A DNA stretch of 64,000 bases from an uncultured bacterium (GCA_963713925.1 OY970212.1:608001-672000), one strand, 5' to 3'. Positions 1-8,749 are shown, counted from the stretch's first letter. Made by a program: numbers and translations. Notes: a model not told the origin generated them from the sequence alone.

Positions 1-2
1 TA

Positions 3-482
3 AGAAAGTATCCAGATAGATTTCAAAACATGAGGTATATTCCAGGATACTTATTTGGAGATTTTAGGCCATTAGAAGTAGAAGCATATAATGCTATCGT
101 TAGGAAAAATAGCAAGGACTATAGTCAATTTTCTTCCTTAGCAGGCTTGTCACAGAATGGCATTCTTTTACTTCGATTTGTGAATATTGATCCTTTTCAT
201 GATATCAAAGAGTACAATAAATTAATTAGTATTTTGAGTGATGAAATAGTTTTATTTACCCGGGGAGTGCATCAAAGCCAATTTTGCCAAATTGTGTTTG
301 GCGCATATGTTTGCGACAGAGGAGTTTGGCAAACAAAATTTACAGTGGTTGCCGATAAGGATAAAATGGCAAGACTTAGAAACCGAAATGTAAATGAAGA
401 AAAAATATTAAATGAAATTAGAATTAGGCACATTCAATTAGCGGAGAAGAATTCGTTATATTCCAATAATCGTAATATTTAA
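3..482 (+). CDS. Hypothetical protein, probably the 3' part of a gene starting before the window
   Basis: Frame is open from base 3 (RKYPDRFQN) into the ATG at 30; no recognisable motif. Confidence 0.6.
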   Translation, partial: RKYPDRFQNMRYIPGYLFGDFRPLEVEAYNAIVRKNSKDYSQFSSLAGLSQNGILLLRFVNIDPFHDIKEYNKLISILSDEIVLFTRGVHQSQFCQIVFGAYVCDRGVWQTKFTVVADKDKMARLRNRNVNEEKILNEIRIRHIQLAEKNSLYSNNRNI

Positions 483-524
483 TGACTCATACACTCTTTG
501 AATAAGCTGTAATTCAGGAGAGAA
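483..524 (+). repeat. Dispersed 42-bp repeat, copy A
   Basis: tgactcatacactctttgaataagctgtaattcaggagagaa; near-identical copies start at 2204 and 5164. Confidence 0.9.
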
Positions 525-1347
525 GGCGTGAACTATACCAGAAACCATGGCTTTTAATCCGTGGGGCATTTTTATGATGGGCACAATACTTACCTTCTTT
601 TACTAATTCATCTGAAATTTTTATCCATGACTTCTTAGACAGATATCCATCTTTATCGGTTTCATTCTCGGTATCTGATTTGATAAAACTTTTCTCACGT
701 ACACACTGAGCGCATGCGGAAAGATAAGCAGCCTCTGTGTCGGCTCGTTTTTCCTGATAACGATTTAGCAGCTTACTTATTGCATATGAATTGACTAATG
801 TAAATAGACCCGTCAGTGCCATCTTCGTATTTGATAAATTTGTATTGTCTCCACGATTATCAAAAAGAGTTTTTTCTAGCAAAGAATCCGTGGCATAGCA
901 TAACAAAGGCACAGTGAATAACGCAATAAGGAGACTTGATCCCCTATCACCATACTTAACATGCGTCGCTTCATGAAACAGGGTTGTTTTTTGTTCTGCA
1001 TAAGAGAAAGTGTCCCAGTCAGATCCTAGATAAACAGCATCTGCGCGCGCCTGTGCTATATTTTTTGTGGGCGATGATGTGTGGTATAAAGGCAACTGTT
1101 TTCTTTTGGGGATACCATGAACATCTTGTATTTCTTCCCATAGTTTTTGTAATTCGGGAGAAACTGGCTTCCCTTTTGACCTCACTAAGCGCTCAATAGG
1201 GGCGGCTCCGTATTTACTAAATAAATAGACCGGCTCTGATCGACCAAACGCGCCAAAAGCTTTGTCAAACCATGTTGGTTGTGGTTGAGCTAAAACAAGC
1301 ATGGGTAAGCCGAGAATGACACGGAAAAGAATTTTTGGGATCTTCAT
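514..1347 (-). CDS. M48/M56-like zinc metallopeptidase with signal peptide
   Basis: HEATH (HExxH), two hydrophobic segments, then QEKRAD (E-x-x-A-D); hydrophobic N-terminus ending VLA. Confidence 0.75.
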   Translation of the reverse strand: MKIPKILFRVILGLPMLVLAQPQPTWFDKAFGAFGRSEPVYLFSKYGAAPIERLVRSKGKPVSPELQKLWEEIQDVHGIPKRKQLPLYHTSSPTKNIAQARADAVYLGSDWDTFSYAEQKTTLFHEATHVKYGDRGSSLLIALFTVPLLCYATDSLLEKTLFDNRGDNTNLSNTKMALTGLFTLVNSYAISKLLNRYQEKRADTEAAYLSACAQCVREKSFIKSDTENETDKDGYLSKKSWIKISDELVKEGKYCAHHKNAPRIKSHGFWYSSRLLS

Positions 1348-1520
1348 GAAAACCTCTCATTTATAACCATTCTTAAACATTTTCTATTATAATATATTAT
1401 ACCAGATTTACCCATAAAAACAACCGCTGCCCACTAAAAATCAGCCCTTAATGCGAATGTTTACTACAGTAATTCAGGGGAAAACGCTATAAAACACCTC
1501 AAATTTATCGTTTTTCATTA

Positions 1521-1548
1521 TTGACAAACTGAAATATATTGGTATTCT
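1521..1548 (+). promoter_or_regulatory. Sigma70-type promoter
   Basis: TTGACA-16 nt-TATTCT with TG upstream of the -10; similar to 59758..59785. Confidence 0.55.
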
Positions 1549-1586
1549 GGGAATATACATAAAACTTAAAACTAATGGAGATTTCT

Positions 1587-2045
1587 ATGAAAAAACAAAT
1601 AATTTTTCTTATTCTTGGATGCCTGTTTACTATTTTTCAATCACAAGCGATGATGCACCGAGCATTCGGTAGACAAATGGTTCAAAAAATGGGCGCATCT
1701 TTAAAGGCAAACACGAGAGCTTTTTATTCAAAAAATGGACAAGTCAGCGAGCAAACAAACGAAAGAATAGTTCACATTCTCGCAAAAGGTATGCAGGGAA
1801 TTAGTGGAATATTGGGTGGAAGCGTAATACAGTTTCTCGGTTCGCCTTCAATGCAGGCTTGTGTGAATGATAAATCAAACCTTATTTACTTTCTGCTTGC
1901 CATGCCGCCAGCTGCGGCAGCTGTAACCGGAGGTCTTCCTGGTTTGATCGCTTTTTCAACATTATACGCATTACCGGCTTATGCAGTACATGACGCGTAC
2001 AAAAAAGAAAAGAAACAATTACTAGAAAGCAGGAAAAATAGTTGA
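1587..2045 (+). CDS. Exported membrane protein with a mitochondrial-presequence-like segment after the signal peptide
   Basis: GGAG RBS before ATG 1587; signal peptide ending SQA; basic, acid-free segment; two hydrophobic stretches. Confidence 0.7.
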   Translation: MKKQIIFLILGCLFTIFQSQAMMHRAFGRQMVQKMGASLKANTRAFYSKNGQVSEQTNERIVHILAKGMQGISGILGGSVIQFLGSPSMQACVNDKSNLIYFLLAMPPAAAAVTGGLPGLIAFSTLYALPAYAVHDAYKKEKKQLLESRKNS

Positions 2046-2084
2046 TTTTAAAATTAACTTAACAAATAACTTTTTGAATAGAAT

Positions 2085-2120
2085 AAGCTCCTATGTTCAT
2101 TTTTTGAATATAGGAGCTTT
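2085..2120 (+). terminator. Intrinsic terminator-like hairpin
   Basis: aagctcctatgttca...tgaatataggagctt just after the stop at 2045. Confidence 0.6.
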
Positions 2121-2162
2121 CTAATTGTGGAGAACGACAATGCTTTTAAACCACGATACAAG

Positions 2163-2282
2163 TATCTATGGTCTTATGCAAAGCTTTGTTACTTTAACCC
2201 CAGTGATTCATATACTCTTTGAATAAGCTGTAGTTCAGGAGAGAATGTAACTTCTCCGTTTCGAAACATGTCTACTAAGTGC
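2163..2282 (+). repeat. Dispersed repeat copy B, with flanks homologous to 5127..5237
   Basis: tatctatggtct...gttact, core at 2204..2245, then catgtYtactaagtgc; all shared with copy C. Confidence 0.85.
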
Positions 2283-2283
2283 C

Positions 2284-2402
2284 GCCATCCTACGCATAAA
2301 GCTACGGATGGCAGGCCATTCAGTAATGATGTAAGAGCAAAAAAATATATAGTACAAATGAGCGTAGGATGGCCTTCGAAGCACTTAAAGGTGCGAAGTA
2401 GG
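2284..2402. repeat. Two inverted family-B palindromes (CTTCGC-loop-GCTACG type)
   Basis: gccatcctacgcataaagctacggatggc (2284..2312) and ccttcgaagcacttaaaggtgcgaagtagg (2373..2402). Confidence 0.7.
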
Positions 2403-2444
2403 ACTGAGTTATATACGCCACACGGTATTAATAATTTATTAATT

Positions 2445-2475
2445 AAAAAAGGTCGCTTTCAAAGCGACCTTTTTT
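2445..2475. terminator. Bidirectional terminator
   Basis: aaaaaaggtcgctttcaaagcgacctttttt; identical core at 5306..5332. Confidence 0.85.
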
Positions 2476-2576
2476 AATTATCTTAGATATAAGGTATTAT
2501 GGGATCTATCAGTTATAGAGCTTAGCGCAATCCCTGGCGCGCCAAGGGGCCACACTTTTATTAAACAATAAAGAAG

Positions 2577-3128
2577 TTAATCCCAATCATTGTCTGCAGC
2601 GAACAGCTCAAATGGATAACCAACTTTTTTATATACTTCACGCATTTCCAGCTGCATCTTGCTAAAATGGCCAGGTGCATATTTATCCTGCAAGGCGATA
2701 TAATCTTTCATGAATGCTTTTGAAGATCTATCTCCATGGTGTTTAGCTGCCAATGCATCTGCCTCTGCAATGAATGCCGGGGAGCCAAACTTACTTGTTT
2801 CCTTTGAGTTTTTGGCCATTGTTGGAGCAAGTGCTTCAGTCAATCGAGAAAAATTCTCTGTGCCCGGCGCCCATTCCTCAAGCACACGTTTTTTATCCGG
2901 ATCAGCCTTGGCTGCTGCATGTTTTTCAGCACTTATATTCATCAAGGTTTCATTAGCATTCAGCGTTATGCTTGAAGCCTTTTCCTCCTCGACCGGCGTA
3001 ATGATGAGCGACTTGCCATCCGTCTTGAACTTCACTACCGATCCCTCCTGCATATTAAGCAATTCCATGATTGCTCGATCAAGGATTAAGGCATTGCTAT
3101 TGCCATATTTGACCAATTTCTTTAGCAT
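2577..3128 (-). CDS. AbrB/MazE/SpoVT-family DNA-binding protein with long C-terminal extension
   Basis: MLKKLVKYGNSNALILDRAIMELLNMQEGSVVKFKTDGKSLIITPV is a typical swapped-hairpin N-terminus; AAGGAG RBS. Confidence 0.8.
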   Translation of the reverse strand: MLKKLVKYGNSNALILDRAIMELLNMQEGSVVKFKTDGKSLIITPVEEEKASSITLNANETLMNISAEKHAAAKADPDKKRVLEEWAPGTENFSRLTEALAPTMAKNSKETSKFGSPAFIAEADALAAKHHGDRSSKAFMKDYIALQDKYAPGHFSKMQLEMREVYKKVGYPFELFAADNDWD

Positions 3129-3181
3129 GTTAGCTCCTTAAAAAATAAGGTCGGTTAAACATTTATATGACATAATATTAT

Positions 3182-3199
3182 ACAATGTTATTACATTGT
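3182..3199. promoter_or_regulatory. Palindromic operator candidate overlapping the AbrB gene promoter
   Basis: ACAATGT-tatt-ACATTGT overlapping a minus-strand TTGACA at 3197..3202. Confidence 0.55.
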
Positions 3200-3288
3200 C
3201 AAATAAAAGTTCTGCTATCTATATAGACAAAAACATCAAAAATAGTACTCTGGAAATAGGGATTTTTTCTTATCAGTTAGGGATTTTC

Positions 3289-3957
3289 ATGAAAAATTTA
3301 TTATTAGGTTTATTGTTTGTTTCAACTGCTTTCTGCTCAGAACAACAATCGGTTAGGATTGTTGATTATGAGCCATCGCATAAGGATGCTGCGATGGAGA
3401 TTTTCTTTCAAGATCCAGAGCTGCTTTTTGGTGGAAGTCAATTGGTCACCATGGGTATTTGGACCATGGAGCAATTTAATAGTGAGAACAGAAAAGTTAT
3501 GGAAACAATTTTGGCTGATCCGCTCAGAATAAAAAGAATTGCGATCGATTCAGGAAAGATAGCTGGGTTTATCAACTTCTGCAAAACAAAAGAGCACAGT
3601 TTGGAATCATTAAAAAGACAAGCAGCATTTTCGTTGACGCCGGAGCAAGAAGCACAATTTGTTGTTATGAATCCTTATTTAAAGAAAACGGATGCTGAGT
3701 GCGAGATTTTTGCAAAAATTGAAACGGTAGCAGTTTCTAGGGATTTCAGACGTCGCGGACATGCAAGAACTTTAATCAAAAATTCAATTGATTATATCAA
3801 ACAAAATTGGCCGATGATTCATCGAGTTGAGCTTGATGTGAATGCAGTCAATGAAAATGCAAAAAAGTTATATGAATCTGAAGGTTTTAAACAATCTGTA
3901 ATTCAGCCACAACGTCTAGTTATGATGCAAGCTGTCCAATACGAAAAAGCTCTATAA
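3289..3957 (+). CDS. GNAT N-acetyltransferase with signal peptide
   Basis: VAVSRDFRRRGHARTLI (motif A) and LDVNAVNENAKKLYESEGF (motif B); MKNLLLGLLFVSTAFCS signal; paralogue of 9250..9921. Confidence 0.85.
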   Translation: MKNLLLGLLFVSTAFCSEQQSVRIVDYEPSHKDAAMEIFFQDPELLFGGSQLVTMGIWTMEQFNSENRKVMETILADPLRIKRIAIDSGKIAGFINFCKTKEHSLESLKRQAAFSLTPEQEAQFVVMNPYLKKTDAECEIFAKIETVAVSRDFRRRGHARTLIKNSIDYIKQNWPMIHRVELDVNAVNENAKKLYESEGFKQSVIQPQRLVMMQAVQYEKAL

Positions 3958-4012
3958 AATTTATTAAAGAGTCGATCTTTTTTTCTAATATCTTATTGTG
4001 TTTGGGGATATA

Positions 4013-5059
4013 ATGTTTGTAATCAGAATCATTCAAGTCAAAATAATTATTTTTATGGCTTTTTTGTGCATTTCTACCAATACTGAATGCTTTATCAATA
4101 AAGTCTCTGTATGGAAGATTGGTGATAAATACATGTTTAATTGTCATGATGTTCACAATTATTCTGAAAAATTAAATAAAGATCAGATTGATAAATTTCA
4201 AGAGATCATTCCGCAACTTGATGATGCATTATTGATTATTGAAAATCAGCCAATATCTGCTCAAGAATATAGATCCCACAATCTATTTAACACAGCAGCA
4301 GAAATTCAAGATTTATTTTTGAAGAGATCGTTTACCATCCAAGAAGCTGATTTTAGGCAGAAACAATCATGGTCTTCTCATAGATGTCTTCAATCAATTT
4401 CGTTTGATAATAATAGATTAAATGACCTAGATAAAGAGTTAATTGAGCGTGGTTTGACTACAAAAGCGATAGCACGAGAATTTGAAGATGCTTTTAACCA
4501 AGTTAAACACATGATTGACAGTGTGTTATCTCAACAAAAGATATCATCGGCAATGGGGCAAATGCTTCATCAGACATGCGAGAACACTAAGCTTTTTTGG
4601 GGTAAAGAGTTGGAAGCATGGAAGGAATTTGATGGTTCACTACTTCAGTATTGTTTAAAAAATGATTGCTTTACGCAAGAATATCTAGTTAATTCGTTGA
4701 ATTTTTCAAGACACATTTTAGATATCAAGATGTTTCTTTCGGTGATTACGTCAGATAGAATGATGATTTTCGTAACAGCAGGATCCGCGCATTCTCAGAC
4801 TATAGAGTATTTTTTGAAATGTGCACGAGCTACAGAACTCTCAAGTGAAGGGAAAGAATTTCCTCTGGATGGTCTCAGATTGCCATCAGATATCCCAGTT
4901 GAAAAAGTTCCTCGCTATACGATGACAGCCGACGAGCTGTATTTGAAAACAGGTGAACAAATTCATCCTGTATCGGCTCAATTTTTTAATGGTCTAATTA
5001 ATCCGGAGTTCTATAAAGCTCCCTCATTGTGGTCACGATTAATTAGTTTTTTCGTGTGA
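4013..5059 (+). CDS. Exported hypothetical protein, EreA/ChaN/TraB-TIKI-like motif order
   Basis: CHDVH, LLIIE, EADFR, FVTAGSAH; same order in 7498..8511; start codon uncertain. Confidence 0.6.
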   Translation: MFVIRIIQVKIIIFMAFLCISTNTECFINKVSVWKIGDKYMFNCHDVHNYSEKLNKDQIDKFQEIIPQLDDALLIIENQPISAQEYRSHNLFNTAAEIQDLFLKRSFTIQEADFRQKQSWSSHRCLQSISFDNNRLNDLDKELIERGLTTKAIAREFEDAFNQVKHMIDSVLSQQKISSAMGQMLHQTCENTKLFWGKELEAWKEFDGSLLQYCLKNDCFTQEYLVNSLNFSRHILDIKMFLSVITSDRMMIFVTAGSAHSQTIEYFLKCARATELSSEGKEFPLDGLRLPSDIPVEKVPRYTMTADELYLKTGEQIHPVSAQFFNGLINPEFYKAPSLWSRLISFFV

Positions 5060-5126
5060 ATGATTAAATAAAGAGAGTCAGTAATCCTTTTCGACCAATA
5101 GTTACGAACCGTTTTGGCGGTACAAT

Positions 5127-5237
5127 TATCTATGGTCTCATAAAAAAGCTTGGTTACTCCTGGTGACTCATAGACTCTTTGAATAAGCTGTAATTCAGAA
5201 AAAAATAATACTTGTCCGAAGCATGTTTACTAAGTGC
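5127..5237 (+). repeat. Dispersed repeat copy C
   Basis: Core at 5164: tgactcatagactctttgaataagctgtaattcag; flanks match copy B. Confidence 0.85.
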
Positions 5238-5238
5238 A

Positions 5239-5287
5239 GCAGTCTTCGCTTATCCGGGTCTTCCGACTCGGCAAGCTACGCCCTGGC
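5239..5287 (+). repeat. Family-B palindrome, uninterrupted counterpart of 54087..54210
   Basis: gcagtcttcgcttatccgggtcttccgactcggcaagctacgccctggc. Confidence 0.75.
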
Positions 5288-5305
5288 TGTCGCCATAGTA
5301 AAAAT

Positions 5306-5332
5306 AAAAGGTCGCTTTCAAAGCGACCTTTT
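5306..5332. terminator. Bidirectional terminator, duplicate of 2445..2475
   Basis: aaaaggtcgctttcaaagcgacctttt. Confidence 0.75.
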
Positions 5333-5461
5333 ATCGCGTGATACCATTTATGGGAACGGCCTGTGGTTAAGTATTGAGGGGAGGAGGGGTTACAAGGCTC
5401 TTGATAATTGCTAATCTGTAATTTGTACAGATGTTTTTTGTTTGATTAGAGGTATGCAATT

Positions 5462-6082
5462 ATGAATAAATTGTTTTTTGGTGTGATGTTGCCCTTGCTT
5501 ATTGTTGGTTCAACGCAATCGGTAAACACAAAAAAAGGGGCCAGGTTCTCAAGGCGTAAAATAGTAGCTATTATGCAGAAGAGAGCTGAGCTCATTCCAT
5601 CTGTAGATCAAAAAAATAATGATGAAGCGGAGCAAGAGTTCGATATAACAACGCCATTCAAAACAGATTTCATTGAAGAAAAATCAGAAAAAAGGATTTT
5701 TAAATACAGTTTGCATAGTTTGCAACGCATGAGGGAAAGACAAATCTCAACTGCGGCAGTTGCTCACGTATTGAAGAATGGTTCAGGAATGGATTCACGC
5801 GGTGTAATAAAAAAAACTGCGATATATAATAATAAAAGAATATCAGTTGTGATGAACCCGATTAAAAAACTAATTATTACTACTTATGCAGTCAATAAAT
5901 TAAAATCTATCAAATTAGGCAATCATACTACTGACATGAAAAAAATCCGTTTTTATAAACAGTTTCTAAATACACCATTTAAATCTACAAAATCAGGTGA
6001 TTTTACCACTGATATGAAAAAGAGTCGTTCGTATAAACGATTTTTAGATGCAAAATTTAAATTTCTATCTTTAAATAGATAG
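5462..6082 (+). CDS. Signal-peptide protein with DUF4258-like domain and a 26-aa C-terminal tandem repeat
   Basis: YSLHSLQRMRERQISTAAVAHVLKNG ... LIITTY; 78-bp repeat units at 5903 and 5981. Confidence 0.65.
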   Translation: MNKLFFGVMLPLLIVGSTQSVNTKKGARFSRRKIVAIMQKRAELIPSVDQKNNDEAEQEFDITTPFKTDFIEEKSEKRIFKYSLHSLQRMRERQISTAAVAHVLKNGSGMDSRGVIKKTAIYNNKRISVVMNPIKKLIITTYAVNKLKSIKLGNHTTDMKKIRFYKQFLNTPFKSTKSGDFTTDMKKSRSYKRFLDAKFKFLSLNR

Positions 6083-6092
6083 GGATATTTTC

Positions 6093-6638
6093 ATGAAAAA
6101 ATTATTGTTAGTTGTTGCTTTATGGGTGGCTCCTCTGATAACTGCAAATGAGGGCAGCCTTCATACGCTTATCAATAAACTATCTGACCATCTGTATTGT
6201 GCTGCGGAGATGACTGGCGGCGGAAAAGACGGTAATGAGTGCGCCGCAATTATTGCTGAATACGTTACAAATATTAAAAGTAGTTTGCAGCAAAAAGATA
6301 TATCTGTAAACCAGTTTGAAGGTGGCCTCACGCCTCTCATGTTGGCCTCGTATTATCATCAATGGGAAGTTATTGATCTTTTATTGAAGGCAGGAGCAGA
6401 TCGCTCCCTTCAAGATAAAGATGGGCGTTCATCTGCTGATTATGTAGTATTGCGAGCTAATGCGAGCCCAGTAAGTATTGCTGGTATGACAAATCTCATT
6501 ATGTCCGGTTATTTTACTGAGCAGCGGTATCATAAATGTTTAGATTTACTTGTTGATAATACAATAAAGCGAATGTGGTTAAGCAGCCGGAACAAGATAA
6601 GACATTTTCTAAACAGGATTATCTACGGGGTATCTTAA
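6093..6638 (+). CDS. Exported ankyrin-repeat protein
   Basis: GLTPLMLASYYHQWEVIDLLLKAGADRSLQDKDGRSSADY; signal peptide ending ITA. Confidence 0.85.
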   Translation: MKKLLLVVALWVAPLITANEGSLHTLINKLSDHLYCAAEMTGGGKDGNECAAIIAEYVTNIKSSLQQKDISVNQFEGGLTPLMLASYYHQWEVIDLLLKAGADRSLQDKDGRSSADYVVLRANASPVSIAGMTNLIMSGYFTEQRYHKCLDLLVDNTIKRMWLSSRNKIRHFLNRIIYGVS

Positions 6639-6692
6639 GCATTTAAAATGCCAATTGTTCAGAATCGACAATAATAAAGATTGTATAAAGGG

Positions 6693-6730
6693 AAATCCTC
6701 AGTCTTTTAGCCAAAGATTGGGGATTTTTT
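6693..6730 (+). terminator. Intrinsic terminator
   Basis: aaatcctcagtcttt...aaagattggggatttttt. Confidence 0.65.
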
Positions 6731-6827
6731 ATTGCCTGCTTTAGTAAACTCATGGGAAGATTTGTTTTGGGAAAACATAAAGGCTCGTAGGTGCATTTAT
6801 TCCCTTTAAAATTGTGATATTTAGACC

Positions 6828-7298
6828 ATGAACCATATAACGCTTAATACTCTGCGAGACTTCAATAGTGTAATCAACGCTGATCTTGTTTTTACAGGCA
6901 ATGTTGATGAAGAAATTGATGCAAATATGTGGGCGATAACATTCGATTGTTCATTGGCAGAATATATAACAATTGTTGAACTGAAAAAATGTATCGATGC
7001 ATTTTTAGAAAAAAAGAGAGAACAGGCGGCGGAATGCGCGATTCCCATAGCTTGCTATATATGGGTAGACGAACAGGCATTCCAACTATGTTTGAATATC
7101 ATATCAGGCCACACGACAAAGCTACCGTTTGGTTGCAAAATTAATTTAGTGGAAGATATAAATCCGATATTGGAAAAATTTCTTACAAGTGCAAGAGTAG
7201 GAGTTATTCCGTGGGAAGATATTATTTTTGTAGATGAGTTTTCAGATGAGGATGACGGCCAAGATTATACATTGGATGTTTATCTAGATTTAATGTGA
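6828..7298 (+). CDS. Acidic cytoplasmic hypothetical protein
   Basis: 156-aa ORF without signal peptide; YIWVDEQAFQLCLNIISG...LPFGC block. Confidence 0.7.
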   Translation: MNHITLNTLRDFNSVINADLVFTGNVDEEIDANMWAITFDCSLAEYITIVELKKCIDAFLEKKREQAAECAIPIACYIWVDEQAFQLCLNIISGHTTKLPFGCKINLVEDINPILEKFLTSARVGVIPWEDIIFVDEFSDEDDGQDYTLDVYLDLM

Positions 7299-7483
7299 GC
7301 AAGAGCAAATTTAGCCAATTTGCGCACTGACATTTCATCTTGTTCCATTAAGGCTAAGATAAGTTCTGAAATAGCAAATTCCTTGTATCCTTGTTTATAA
7401 TCGCGGAGTTCTTTTGGTGTTAATGATTCGATAAATTCATCATGAGTAGTTTTTATTTTTCTTGAAGATGTTTTTTTATTCAT
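7280..7483 (-). pseudogene. Truncated XRE-type HTH antitoxin-like gene
   Basis: ...ISELILALMEQDEMSVRKLAKFA stops before the recognition helix and runs into the convergent gene. Confidence 0.6.
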
Positions 7484-7497
7484 AATATGATTCATCA

Positions 7498-8511
7498 TTA
7501 TCTAAATCTCAGTTTCGGGATGTCGTAACCTATATCTTCGTCGGTGAGAAAAACGGGTTGCTTGCATCCGGGGTAAATAAAGTCGGCTATCGTGAAAAAT
7601 TTTTGATATGCTTCACGCTCGAGTGGGTTGGGAAGAAATCTACATTGTAAATCTTGTGCGTCATAAGAACCCGCTTCAAAGATCGTCTCATACCCGATAC
7701 TTTCTAAGTAATACGCAACCCCTACGCAATGTGCAATGCCAACGAACAGGGTAACGTTTTTGTCGGTATGGCGCGCTATGAAATCAAGATATCCGAAGTC
7801 GGCAAATCGATATCGAAAAAAATCCTCCAATGTGGAGGGATAATGTAATCTTCTCGTGATGGCTTGAGCATGTTTTTCCATGAAAGATTTAAATTTCGGG
7901 TCATATTCATCGCTTGTTGCAAGAAGGTTTTGAATGTCTGTTCTGAAAGAATCTTTGTTTTCACGTAATTCATGACAAAATAGATCATATTTATCTTTAT
8001 CAACGGGAAAATTTAAATGATAGTACAGTTGGGGATATTTGTTCCGAATATCATATTCAGTGATCTCAATTGTCGGATCAAGTAGGTATGAACCAATATG
8101 CGCCGCTTTCGATCTAAAGGAGCTATCTAGACTAGAATCGGCTAAAATACCCAATCGAAAGATTAAAGTAATGGCGGCAGGGTCAGGGTCCGATAGAGCT
8201 TTACCCCAATATTTTATCGAATCCAATTTATTTACACTTCGTTTCTCGACTAGGACCCGCTCTTTTGTGGAATCACTTGTGTTTAGAAACTTAACTAGCG
8301 GTTCAGTTATTGCGTTAGTAGCTGATCGATCTAAATCCTGAGTTCTGTATGTGGCATGAGAATCATTTAGAAACTCAGTATGAATCAAATCTCCCGCCAA
8401 GCGAACAATGTGTCCATCAGAATGTGTCATTACTTTTAACGTGACTATCCAGCCGTACATTGTCATAGAACTGCACAAACAAATGAAGTAAAACAGGGTG
8501 ATTGTTTTCAT
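7498..8511 (-). CDS. Exported hypothetical protein, paralogue of 4013..5059
   Basis: LAGDLIH, VLVE, EYDIR, LFVGIAH; signal peptide MKTITLFYFICLCSSMTMYG. Confidence 0.65.
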   Translation of the reverse strand: MKTITLFYFICLCSSMTMYGWIVTLKVMTHSDGHIVRLAGDLIHTEFLNDSHATYRTQDLDRSATNAITEPLVKFLNTSDSTKERVLVEKRSVNKLDSIKYWGKALSDPDPAAITLIFRLGILADSSLDSSFRSKAAHIGSYLLDPTIEITEYDIRNKYPQLYYHLNFPVDKDKYDLFCHELRENKDSFRTDIQNLLATSDEYDPKFKSFMEKHAQAITRRLHYPSTLEDFFRYRFADFGYLDFIARHTDKNVTLFVGIAHCVGVAYYLESIGYETIFEAGSYDAQDLQCRFLPNPLEREAYQKFFTIADFIYPGCKQPVFLTDEDIGYDIPKLRFR

Positions 8512-8674
8512 GTGTGTTAAGACTCTCTCTTTTTAAAGTAAATCGAAAAATTGATACGTCGATAAAATCTAGAATGATTTTCAGAAGAAGTAAATGTTAA
8601 TATCTGATGTTATTGGAGTCGGGTAGTAATATCAGGATTGGTTTTCTCATGCATTTTTAATACCTCCATTTTTA

Positions 8675-8710
8675 TTGACTTTTTCATTGCCAATTTGTTA
8701 CTATTTGAAT
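8675..8710 (+). promoter_or_regulatory. Promoter shared with 13585..13620
   Basis: TTGACT-18 nt-TACTAT with TG extension; atttgttactatttgaat identical in both copies. Confidence 0.7.
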
Positions 8711-8749
8711 TATGGAAGGTAGTGTATTACATCAATTAAGGAGGTTTTT

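Noticed and set aside
2140..2226. 28-aa ORF with a GGAG RBS overlapping repeat B
   Set aside because: The homologous region in copy C is frameshifted; more likely a gene remnant than a functional peptide.
483..5205. 42-bp repeats as a CRISPR array or integron attC sites
   Set aside because: Spacing is kilobases and irregular, there is no RYYYAAC/GTTRRRY palindromic structure, and no cas or integrase gene was recognised.
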